Below, piece by piece: positions 37,401 to 37,775 of a stretch of DNA of 64,000 nucleotides. The notes under the pieces are model-generated. The model did no database searches. It was not told the origin of the DNA and worked only from the letters and a program-made list of their open reading frames with translations. The stretch is taken from assembly GCA_026388115.1 (NCBI GenBank), contig JAPLKK010000017.1, positions 15,667 to 79,666 of the forward strand, read 5' to 3'. The translations under genes were made by a program, and so were the position numbers. Position 1 is the stretch's first letter. The number at the start of each line of letters is the position of its first letter. The stretch comes from Elusimicrobiota bacterium (lineage in GTDB: Bacteria; Elusimicrobiota; Elusimicrobia; UBA1565; JACRDR01).

Positions 37401-37614
37401 GCTGAGCACGGACAGCGACGTGACGATCCGCATCATGACGGTCTTCGGCCAGCAGATCCGAACGATCCACTACAAGGGCTCGGCCGGCTCGGGCAACGAC
37501 GTCCCGTGGGACGGCACCGACGACTCGGGGCGAAAGGTCTCCAAGGGCATCTACCTCGCGGTCATCGAGGGCGGCGGCGCGAGGGTCGTCCAGAAGGTCG
37601 GCATCATCCATTAG
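8953..37614 (+). CDS. Giant cell-surface repeat protein, main portion (9553 aa). Contains Asp-box/BNR beta-propellers, FN3-like domains, five LamG-like domains, nine C-terminal Ca-binding-like repeats, two FN3 domains and a C-terminal FlgD-Ig/Por_Secre_tail-like sorting domain. The same frame is open from about 8707.
   Basis: Uninterrupted 28.6-kb ORF with strong periodic protein repeat structure. Recognisable motifs include the Asp-box S/T-x-D-G-x-T-W, FN3-like TYYWRV, LamG_3-like W.FDEG...DEVR.F.RALSA.EI, and the C-terminal NYPNPF...IY.L..PWDG.D..G..V.KGIYL tail. The stop codon TAG is at 37612-37614. Confidence 0.9.
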   Translation: MPGTMTGSDGTLAAQTLTMTGLNLANSSNTVVCGGFAPCGATNQVIFTASDLAGNVVKLGPYSILLDATTAVAYSTPAAPGLAGFVNVQPNFNWVAPSTPIAAALPPSSAYILQVSNNDPGFSNANLVINISTPISGVGVSLSTAVSPPLSAYVSSFTLTNNTTYYWRVVTLNGGFGWYGPYSSTFSFVTDFSAPTQNGVFTTLSPTGATLTEAQVNTPATSSVTAQIGVQDTISGLAVSSTAVAFAGDGHNYTGAMGGYGVVYSTNAGQSWIDFSSITASRRYDGTVTFGSQLYSFAVYKGALFVSDANTGYLYYSPDGNIWTQVGASQIVPGGLSKPLAVFNGRLFAGDGANGMIYWTAGDTSSWSTANGGVPVGQTIRALAQFSDRLVAADGTNGHIYVSTTGDTWATSQGGQAVGIGAMPALAAYNGQLYAGDSKGNIYFSADASTWTKSNNGLVVGSSISAFAAYNGRLFAADGLNGRVYATSDGVSWSTVNGGVQVTTAPTIGVAALASFNGRLYASAVTGTVSVSTAGGSWWMLNNGYPISPTGGAFWALAPFNGNLVAADAGSVYVIAPVSATLGGADGTGAVQTLTATGLALVNSTRSVVCGGVAPCSATDQVIFTATDRAGNAKPFGPFAVLVDTLTQTLVSTPTFPANGAWVNIQPNFDWIGPSTTPASGLPPGSSYYLQVSNNDPAFAPGNIVISVSTQEYLSATGTSVLASTSLPTAQSGYISSFTLTNATTYYWHVLLGNSVLGTKGPWSQTYSFVTDFAGPAQAGAFLSSSPVLGWIGETQVNPLSNGVTVQVGVQDLLSGMAVSTGSLPFAGDGHDYAGVTAGYGVIYSTSAGQTWIDFSTVTAAAVYTAGNAVTPRLLALAVSSGTIYAAYADNNLPKFYVYHSADGAVWTANNTPSFSYAPQALVPFNGKIFAGFADGSIYYSLNAGTNFSQARPGLTGGLAPIGSNINALVVFNGKLYAGDNNGQVYVSTSGDAGWSATQGGSALSSNGIASLAAFAGRLFAGDRGGRVFATVDGSTWTLMNAGVAVGSNLGSLAAYDNRLFAGDATNGNIYVSTDGGRSWRATNGAVPPTGSAISALSSFSGKLYACDSAGRVIVSTEGYSWMTLNSGYPITGSLSYPAYGLAPFNGKFYVAASSRVFQITPVTANLSGAEGSTAVQTLTASSLRLVTSTTTATCGAAMPCGATNQVLFTASDRAGNAARYGPYAVLVDSTIAVAISTPVYPANQSYVNLQPNFNWNGPSTTTVYGLSQGSAYYLQVSQNDPTFSMGLVISISTPIVNTPQISVSTSLPIAPGAYLSTFTLADNATYYWRVAVANAMDGMFSAWSTSFSFVTNFTAPAAAGVFYSMSPGGQLFGETQIIGIQNGVTAQITVQDANSGLAVSTLNFTGDGHDSVILTVPFGVMYSTTSGQQWIDFSAVTPSNPGVARLYNLTVYNNELYAVDGGGVLYRTVDGAAWYPGINNNWNASVRSMVGFKSAASSTLRLFAGDSNGKIYSSPSPPTQGFATVFSGGSSIGTLATFNGRIYAGDLKTGRIYVSTSGDANAWSATQGGNAVSTTGIQALSTLNGRFFAADKTGSVFVSVDGTTWTLGNIGGAPVGSSITALAPFNGLMYAADAITGKIYSSPDGNTWTTANQGVQVTTSPNVGLQALAVMDGKLYAGDSGGNVWVTVDGSTFTAAYPTPVAGNIGGLAPFNGKLYAADSGNGNVAQLSPVATALGGADGTNAAQVLTARGLNLANSGTVFTCAGVAPCLATNQILFTASNRAANAAKIGPYAILVDAITPVVSLSLPANGTYLNVQPNFNWLGPSTMTAVSLSPGTSYYLQVSADPTFNPANILVSISSPVLPSAGQAISTMAITSDGAYVSTYTLNGATTYYWRVATNSGLYHAVGAFSSTFTFITDFAPPYSSTASFASVSSSGGALAEAQFNDTASGVSAQLAVQDDVALAVSTAAMSFAGDGHDSGLSAGGFGVMVSTNAGATWTDWTVPASSVAVAAPVQAFAVFGGKLYAGGAGSNLYATADGLGWTTKTVATCGGGGTINALAAFRGKLFAGCGGTHGISSDGTSFSAFLAPGKILSFASFNGRLYAGADSQQVSMSTDGAAWWQFSLPLGQTQNSSLAVFRGRLYAGTDSAATRVWHSVDGSTWSKTAGGSAGGAPPAMAVFNGRLYVGGSADTTIRASVDGVNFVPVFTAPFAAGSSNMAAMTVFNGKLYVLDGANKALLWTADGYRWFTSALAVTDAALNALASFNGSLYIGGSSNLYRLQALPAVLAGPDGTTSPQTLSASSLSLAQSSVTTVCNGVYPCAATDQLVFTASDLAGNTALFGPFAVLVDSTSPVAISTPAFPLNGMHVSGQPRLYWLGPSTSVAAGLQPPAAYYLQVAKNDPAFAAGNLVVNIATPVVTSPGDLTANSHYVSTYTLLDNTTYYWRVRAQSGLGTASPWSKAFVFATQFTTPTLSGPFVSNSTGALIPETQFHVLAAGVTAQLTVQDPGGLAFDFVPANRIGTWHFEEAAGALSTDLSGNGNIATLSSPAMWASGYLGTGVAANGNWVDVATPTVAAWSGLTAMAWVYVPSAGLGVVRSSQTVLAGRQFRLEYKVEYRSVGFYADVDPVTGGCSIDEGPAVPLQAAAGTWNHVAFVMDPVNLVNSIYINGVLSRTCSGNPVPGDSSFRFGEDGLSGIGLADAMSGSIDEVSLFSRTLPQPEIAGEMNRKLGFWVYYSTNAGSQWNLVASTAPGNGPYLGSYGVNGSVGPLTVSVAGLSLIQSTNALTCGAVAPCGATNQVKFVVSDLAGNVLSAGPYAILTDSTALSAVPALSYPANGANVGLQPNFDWMGPSTKTAVGLPPGAAFLLQVSQNDVTFAPANVVVSMSTPCIVASTYVPTADATYISTYTLVDNATYYWRVAVQDPVLGTQSPWSSTFSFVLDLTPPAQTGAFTSIDGGLNNLPETTFNTLSAGVTAFITVQDAASGLAVSNTALPLSGDGHDGPASAAGFSVMYSTTAGRLWIDVSTMIVANGGLAVGAKIGALATFGGKLYATDAAGARVYSSGNGGVSWTTVNLPAATTLGPIAVFAGKIYVGDTTTGMIFSSANGLTWTAAAGGAPVSACGTVRSLAVFLNKLYAADNCGKVYLSTDGNGWGIGNNGAAVGASIGALAAFNGKLYAGDANGNVYVTLRGIVWTPTNGGNPVVGSVIALAMFDGRLFAAGAAGDLAFSADGVEWPAVNGGVPVTNSFAALTAFNGKLYGADPATGRLYASPDGNLWVVLNSSAPVGAALGALVPYNGSLYAGDSANGKVYQLAPVPASLAGADGTAAAQALSALALNFTFSTNTQVCGGVQPCGATNQLIFTASDRAGNVTAGGPFAMLVGTPVNSATPTLHVPMDMGYVNVTQPVLSWLHPSTAAYPGLTIFHLEVSADPSMSPLLVLVSTNVGFGVPAVTYPLSSVVLPAATTYYWRVRGETFSGVVGPYSAVRSFQTVLSPPALTSFVHLNSMGAPLNEYQASDLALGVTAQVTAQDGQTGLNLYGTPDTTAVAFYPFEDLVSSAARNAFNNGNPAVLMGGAVPAPGRWGVGVALDGASGTLRVSDAPNLDVFDRITVEAWIKPAAPVTADTTFVRKAAANGTSGWALEYLGGQLAFWTANGGAANCSAGNAACAPVYLNGGEWYHLVGTLDGATLSLYLDGVLVSSRNVTTGPGEPHAPIYLGSSQGTGRFFAGTIDDVRLFYEGRGSAVVLQDFRSPTSPVAVFSSDAGNTWSIVSTTYPVTAGMPFLAVGGSQGTTGAQAFQLVNFNVVQSTTAAVGAAATNQVKFFASSVGGYANTAGPYGVLYDAVANIAIDTPTSPANGVYVSSPSPTFVWNAPNLAGVTLYELRVSADPSFSSLVINNSTPAVTGVAVGTYSAVEVLGPATTYYWQVRSRTTLNRTGPWSIPYSFVTDFTPPGLLNFNTVGSTGAVFIETQVQVSTAVVADLTVFDGLAGLSAAAGFSASFSTNAGQGWNVVTSTVGGAGPYLNVTWPEGGNAGIFSLVNMPVGQSTSTAVCGGVPQPCGATNQVVFYLRDRAGNLSVGGPYAILADTTAAVAISSPAAPAAGAWSGLNPGTAFVWSTPSTYTLSGLQSFSLEVSSNASFAPLSFIVSTPVVTGALAASYVSTQMLPEGTTIYWRVRVLDSLGNFSPYSAVSTFLVDSGSPLPLSYGVVSSTGGILTEADPLGSFTVSVALSAQAAVSGLPATGASVIVSTDGGAHWSTFGSTLTVLSSTLEAGVISAKVFNGSAYAGTQGNARLFRSPDGRSWPPVAAFSNNVSVNSLEVFNGRLYAGTGGGLAGGRVYSSADGNVWSPAFTPSGASSVAALAAFNGRIIAAYDAFVAGSTNGVSWSKLATMPNGPATALAVFNGKAYAACGPYVCSSYGGAAWSSTPRFSGSSNLSAIAAFNGRIYVAGDIGVQSTAGDDAWPWRSELSVPGETFSSLAVADGRLYAGSAQNGYVYATVDGTSWARVLSGTGETGMSALQAFNGKLYAGTAPNAKILELSPYAAVSGVDGAVTPQALIATGLAVAASTSTALCGGDWPCSANNQTRFAVSNEAGNVAFLGPYAVIVDTVIALARPLLVEPTVEGMTLLQPEFRWTVSTAIAAGNLTGFEVQLAGAPSFNTLLLDQPVANMFLPSPLILAASGVYYWRVRSFDVFGASSSFSDAATVIIDTQAARGSQFLTYNNLGVTFPEGGLMDLATGVTAQLNVQEGVSGLERAGPGPLAPVSGTLLLWHLDEGAGSTVGDAGTWGNGGTIYGAPVWTNGRFGKALRLPAPASASNYLAAASQPSLSAANVTLEAWINTQSTQAAVLQSQGGAYGITIGMGGAAGDVGATFNGVSADCHRRVDDGAWHHLAATCDFGSARFYLDGALCANVGAPSSMPSAGALSVGLRFDGTQPYAGLLDELRVVNRALSADEIYRDATYGAPYTAFVSTNGGQNFLVVATTFPVTPGAPYVTLTGVDGSTSTEVLQARNLSLVQSTTLSSGALATDQIIWRVANRAGAITAIGPYAVLVDSTGLAALPKLTYPAHGAYSNVQPNFAWVGPSTTTAAGLPASSGVVLQVSSNDPAFSLASMVVNISTPVVVASTVVPTADGAYFSTFTLTDATTFYWHVGVLNAALGTYGPWSQTFSFVTDLTKPVQTGSFSSFNSVQASLGETFWNDLSAGVTAQITVQDGGSGLALSAGALAFAGDGHDGPGLSGGYSVMYTTMAGQQWVEWPTFTVGTVGTSAIDSLAVFKGKLYAGYGTGGKIYSSPNGAFWTQVFAPGVSDSVNTLAEFNGRLYAGAGGSSALVYASSNGVNWSQVFASADAAVQSLAAFNGKLYAGTASNGNIYASTDGVIWAQVFAGNSSPLSALAAFNGRLYAGDAASVYASADGVTWTAVSLPGGVGPAAFAAFNGKLFAGTNGGGTNHIFSSPDGVAWTPVLSLAGEGVTACAVTNGKLDCATGAGNLYASPDGTVWAQTLSSAMTNQGPIYALAAFNGKLNAGAGTGNVIQLAPVAAAISGTDGTLASQNLSSMLNLTLSTNTAVCAGSWPCGATNQVLFTASDRAGNVTRSGPFALLVDTPVDSATPTLHLPMDMGYASQPSPVFTWVHPSTTAFRGLSVFHFELANSASMSPLLVNVATPVVFGMPAPSYALAAALAPATTYFWRVRAETFAGVLGPYSSTYSFQTAFSSPAASNFVHFSSTGGALTALQDSDLSVGVTVQITAVDLQTGLSFWGSPDATAMLFYPFEDVVNPPALNAFNGVNPLSFVGGAAVGPGRWGKGAVLNGANGTLTTPNTPGLQDLTGSITLETWIKPSSLVSNDTTFIRKGGNVFGWSLEYLGGLLVFWLGNGAGPTCGVNAVCVNAVLAGGEWYHLAGAYDGTAMSLYVDGKLMAVTPYSSGGGFNSDALYVGSYQGTSRFFGGVIDDVRVFAAGRTAAQVLYDFRSPTPPLALYSTSAGNAWSVVSATYPAYPGLPFISLTGLQGTTSAQPVQLVGFSVVQSTSVLPGAGATNQVKFLFADVAGNAVVAGPYGMIFDSVASVALDTPSAPGNGVYVSSPSPNFYWQAAGLAGVTLYEMRASIDPAFGPLSISISTPATTGVFIGTYNAVEVLAPSTTYYWQLRSRTTLNRTSAWSTAYSFVTDFVPPALATYTTVGSYGAVLTEAQTQISTSVAVRIQAFDGLAGLAGSGFRVVYSSNAGASWSLVSSTAPSAGPYLQVTWQDGQSSGTLSLVNLFLGQSTSTTICGGAAPCAATNQVLFYINDRGGNLSIAGPYAILADTTAALAISAPAVPAAGAWVTANPGAAYVWNTPSTSTLSGLAAFYLEVAANPSFNPLVFTVSTPAVPGALAAAYVSTHTLAEGATIYWRVRSLDSLGNFSPYSAPSTFLVQSGAPNPLAYGVVSSTGGILTEADALGNYTAAVTLAAQDSLSGLSAGGASVVVSINAGNDWYALAGTFTALSGTAETGVLSLAYFGGYLYAGTQGTARVYRSPDGRNWYPVYAFGGNSAVPSLAVFNGQLYAGTSGGMSGGRVFSSPDGTQWSSAYAPAGVASISALAAYDGRVYATLDDGWIAASTNGVNWAKMALLPNGAATALTVFKGKLYATCGGAYLCSSYGGTTWSSTQRFSSFTVLDALASFNGRLYVGGDGGIASAPDDLTWPWRFEVWTGGETVASFGTVGGRLYAATAQSAALYAVIDSGHWAQVLSGTGESDIAALQAFNGKLYAGTLPHGFVLELSPLAALMPGGDGATGVQSLRASGLTLTQSTTTALCGGAVPCGATNEVRFTAANMAGNVRFAGPYAVLIDTVIATARPMLVEPVVEGFSLKVPEFRWTVSTAVSMGNLTGFEFQLANAPDFIALLWAQRTMDRALTLPFYLGEGGKYYWRVRAFDVAGTTSTFSDVSTVFIDTFPPIGNSFAAFTSTGLAVPEGTLIDLASGVTAQLTVQDTVSGLRLSGPGPAAVIPGTALLWRFDEGTYSTATSNSAWPGQKVYDSGPWGSTGAVAGLPVWVNGRFNKALRFSGTGADWVYGIWPFLSLSSPTVEAWINTLSTSGYVLSSQGGAYSVLIGSAGLSAGDIGAIFNTVLVDCGRRVDDGGWHHVAATDDGADLSFYLDGALCGSTPAPASLPAPGTLDVGVNIDGSGAFSGVIDEVRIIDHPLGAAEILRDATFGVPYAAAFSTNAGRSFQLVTSTYPVTSTSPYVSVSGADGATSPQALQICNLTLTQSTNTKTGAQGTNQMVFVASDRSGNLAKFGPFTILVDSLIGQPTAYYPAPGSWVNRLSPALTWAEANALPRHEVLLSRDNFLTLVMDSTTANSDILLSGYPTRLTLAQGGTYQWKVRATGLTGNKSLYSAANQFTVDAVAPTAGGFGTYSSTGAFLDQTQWSNRYGANTVQARFQDTGPSGLAMSTGSFGVMYSTTAGLNWVDWSQLVSTLAVQGATAVSALASFDGSLYAGSSGNGQVVTSADGVSWTPAFGFPGQSGVLSLQPFAGQLFAGVSPGHQVWASADGASWAQAFDTGGGSAVESMVLFDGKLFMGTDNNASIYSSVDGSSFTLAAAIGGQTDVLAFAVFDGHLYAGTAGGNGAQLWRSPDGARWQLAWPPAGNTTGETRVRSLAVFNGKLYMGTAPGGLILASVDGLTWPGTALSGTGATDVPAMTSTNGKLYASLAAPGGMLYATADGVNWRLTLSGTSDNGFASLTSFNGGLYAGGRSSGWVYAMPPVVSAFTGVDGSIGVETMTATGLALTQSADGTRCSGGVGSCAATNQVLFSASDRAGNAVSYGPYSVLVDSSVPQPVIAALTATSTDSVRVDLYPVPDLLSGTSDYQYYLSGVSDFSDAVTTTPFVTTSSYTFRGLGEATTYYIRAVARDRVGSVSPYSVLAATMTDGVLYSSYTDITSSSAYQSTDQPMLRLMLWTEVGRTALLNRLEVHMDTAANPAAPLSSPLGAGNDADILIAKLYADAQGLGVFDSHAVQLGEAPMSNGRAIIDLSGNVQAIQSSTRTYFVVYKVADAAAINDRLDAVLLDDNALGFANSYRALAAYSVSSLNTYPVISSGTVVVDGPNNLYVDALSVAPQTAAPGQSGIPMMRLRMNTDHGTSALDHVVFDVTGSAVASTDVASIAIYRDDNGDGVYEPGIDGLVTSGNDLFSNAVASVAFVTSLHVPISSRTINSGTQDYFVLINMALGAQPSDLVGVSVTASSSVVTVGPDTPILSASPLSSSQVRLSLPNRLYLRTSSVAPPSVKQGQKYAVLMTSMNVVCGLPACANPGATTVTGLQVNRTGTAQDGDVAAVEVWKSANPGSPFNPSADYPLGTGAFVGGTSFVAFSTQTLTSPTTSVFFIVYTLSVNANAGATVGASLTNNTYVTVTNPDTTVTGAFPMPTVSTTSLIAQTVNKLLVTNSQDVTVAAQFLQARADLPLLRLDVHADQNTVSWTGLTLRSTGTAMDSDIAAVKVYADANGNGQLDVGTDTLVTSGNDRFTSGLVTVGFTQSQVIAASTQTFFVSVDIPATAIPGDTFGVVALSSGSLIVVAPNTVSTTSVSFPLKTTPVPIQQYPNIITASTASLAPAAIDPSQTNVGMLALTLKTNVSNARWSKLLLDRVGGLDADVKEVRVYYDANNVGSWDSRNANAYLLVTSTGQSFGLKGIQGQVSLSIALPPSQPVNSTPKTFYIVIDIANGALPSDSIAVRILNANYLTVDAPNTVAAFSAQSGASVVNQQAAMMTVVASTGVLPAVVRQGDFSVPFARFDLQMDRYTALWTKLTVTEGGTAADADVSKVRLYLAASSSETTVQPFSDQQVAAGTFVSGQVILTFQLPQVILSTRTLTYFLTYDISPVAQAGVLAGATMSGPGSFVLAAPNGVNPTGFPIHSGLALIQPTVTGVLASFQDKAPAGLKQGATAQVMMSLTLQTTSNEALWSSLVVQKTGTAPDADIHAVRLFVDADGSGVLKPGDAELTSGADRFINGSVTLAFNTPQEISPTPKRYLLGLDVDLHASPTDTVGLAIPSPSYFGLVAPNYVINSGFPLQSSRIPVAKLPDILDVTFTDLAPTGANEGSETLMARLRLRAERDNAVFTSLRLLKMGSLPDVNVTQVRLYLDANNNGAVDPQDVLVATAAFSNGMVALSTSNAILTSTQTYLLTCVLDPGAAVGATLGLRVPDSTYVGAAFPDTLSAPALPFSTILVNVLDARTPSKPVVTVPGGYWAAFDNLPFSWTSQVALGSIMDVQYAVGTASTMTDVLAWQDLPPSQADVTIAGLNLQSGITYFVLVRAINVIGGVTFVSPIGVSQGVLIDYQIPRPPVPLVSVSENAVRIAWPAVTTAVDSSTLPSGIMGYLVQYRTGASPVWINAKTQLAVPSSMAFGPAAAWAARKAAQNGVAPAAVALSSADLITNTSYNFAPPAGTVYLKASAVSNSGQISADSPVQKVQVGALPKGGITNVRNYPNPFDSRTGVTTINFTLSTDSDVTIRIMTVFGQQIRTIHYKGSAGSGNDVPWDGTDDSGRKVSKGIYLAVIEGGGARVVQKVGIIH
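16480..17140 (+). other. LamG/concanavalin-A-like lectin domain 1 (Laminin_G_3-like) inside the giant protein.
   Basis: Translated segment GTWHFEEAAGALSTDLSGNGN...GTWNHVAFV...IYINGVLS...SIDEVSLFSRTLPQPEIAGE. This matches the LamG_3 pattern W.FDE..G....D.SGNGN....W..G..G.AL.FDG...L.DE+..+.RALS..EI. Confidence 0.65.
19590..20210 (+). other. LamG-like domain 2.
   Basis: VAFYPFEDLVSS...RWGVGVALDGASGTLRV...ITVEAWIKP...EWYHLVGTLDGATLSLYLDGVL...GTIDDVRLFYEGRGSAVVLQDF. Confidence 0.65.
23270..23850 (+). other. LamG-like domain 3.
   Basis: LLLWHLDEGAGSTVGDAGTWGNGGTIYGAPVWTNGRFGKALRL...VTLEAWINT...AWHHLAATCDFGSARFYLDGAL...LLDELRVVNRALSADEIYRDAT. Confidence 0.7.
26265..26880 (+). other. LamG-like domain 4.
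   Basis: AMLFYPFEDVVNPPALNAF...RWGKGAVLNGANGTL...ITLETWIKP...EWYHLAGAYDGTAMSLYVDGKL...GVIDDVRVFAAGRTAAQVLYDF. Confidence 0.65.
29935..30545 (+). other. LamG-like domain 5.
   Basis: ALLWRFDEGTYSTATSNSAWPGQKVYDSGPWGSTGAVAGLPVWVNGRFNKALRFSG...PTVEAWINT...GWHHVAATDDGADLSFYLDGAL...VIDEVRIIDHPLGAAEILRDAT. Confidence 0.65.
32700..36600 (+). repeat. Nine tandem in-frame repeats of roughly 140-150 aa in the C-terminal third of the giant protein. Each carries an EF-hand/FG-GAP/dockerin-like DxNxDG..D loop, which predicts Ca-binding beta-sandwich-like modules of unknown family.
   Basis: Recurrent pattern A.W..L.L...GT..D.DI..V.VY.DANGNG.LD.GTD.LVTSG.D.F..G.V.L.F...Q.I....+TYF...DI...A.PGDT.G. Examples: YRDDNGDGVYEPGIDGLVTSGNDLF, YADANGNGQLDVGTDTLVTSGNDRF, FVDADGSGVLKPGDAELTSGADRF, YLDANNNGAVDPQDVLV. 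Confidence 0.6.
36600..37300 (+). other. Two fibronectin-III-like domains that precede the sorting domain.
   Basis: PSKPVVTVPGGYWAAFDNLPFSWTSQ...GITYFVLVRAINVIGGVT and PVPLVSVSENAVRIAWPAV...GYLVQYRTG...YNFAPPAGTVYLKASAVSNSG. Confidence 0.5.
37320..37614 (+). other. C-terminal sorting domain of the FlgD-Ig-like / Por_Secre_tail (T9SS-type CTD) kind.
   Basis: PKGGITNVRNYPNPFDSRTGVTTINFTLSTDSDVTIRIMTVFGQQIRTIHYKGSAGSGNDVPWDGTDDSGRKVSKGIYLAVIEGGGARVVQKVGIIH. This is the canonical YPNPF..T.I.F.L.....V.I.I....G..V..L....AG.....WDG.D..G..V..G.Y shape of about 90 aa at the extreme C-terminus. Confidence 0.7.
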
Positions 37615-37644
37615 CGTCCGAACCGGCCGCGCGCCTCGAGGCTC

Positions 37645-37727
37645 TTGACAGCGCAAGCAAGATCGAGCCCCAGTCAAGGCCGCAATCGATTTAAGCTGCA
37701 ACAACAACACCTTTTTTATTAAAAAAT
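37645..37727 (+). promoter_or_regulatory. Intergenic candidate promoter region for the downstream PorV-like operon. It has a TTGACA hexamer at 37645-37650 and an AT-rich tract ttttttattaaaaaat at 37712-37727.
   Basis: This is the only AT-rich stretch in about 38 kb. I do not see a convincing -10 at 17 bp from the TTGACA, so the exact promoter is uncertain. Confidence 0.3.
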
Positions 37728-37775
37728 CTCAGAATGTCTTCGTGATTAGGGGGGCTATCCCGTTAAACTTGTGGT

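Noticed and set aside
37700-37730. ttttttattaaaaaat considered as a rho-independent terminator U-tract for the giant gene.
   Set aside because: No GC-rich stem-loop immediately precedes the T-tract. It is kept only as part of an AT-rich promoter/boundary region.
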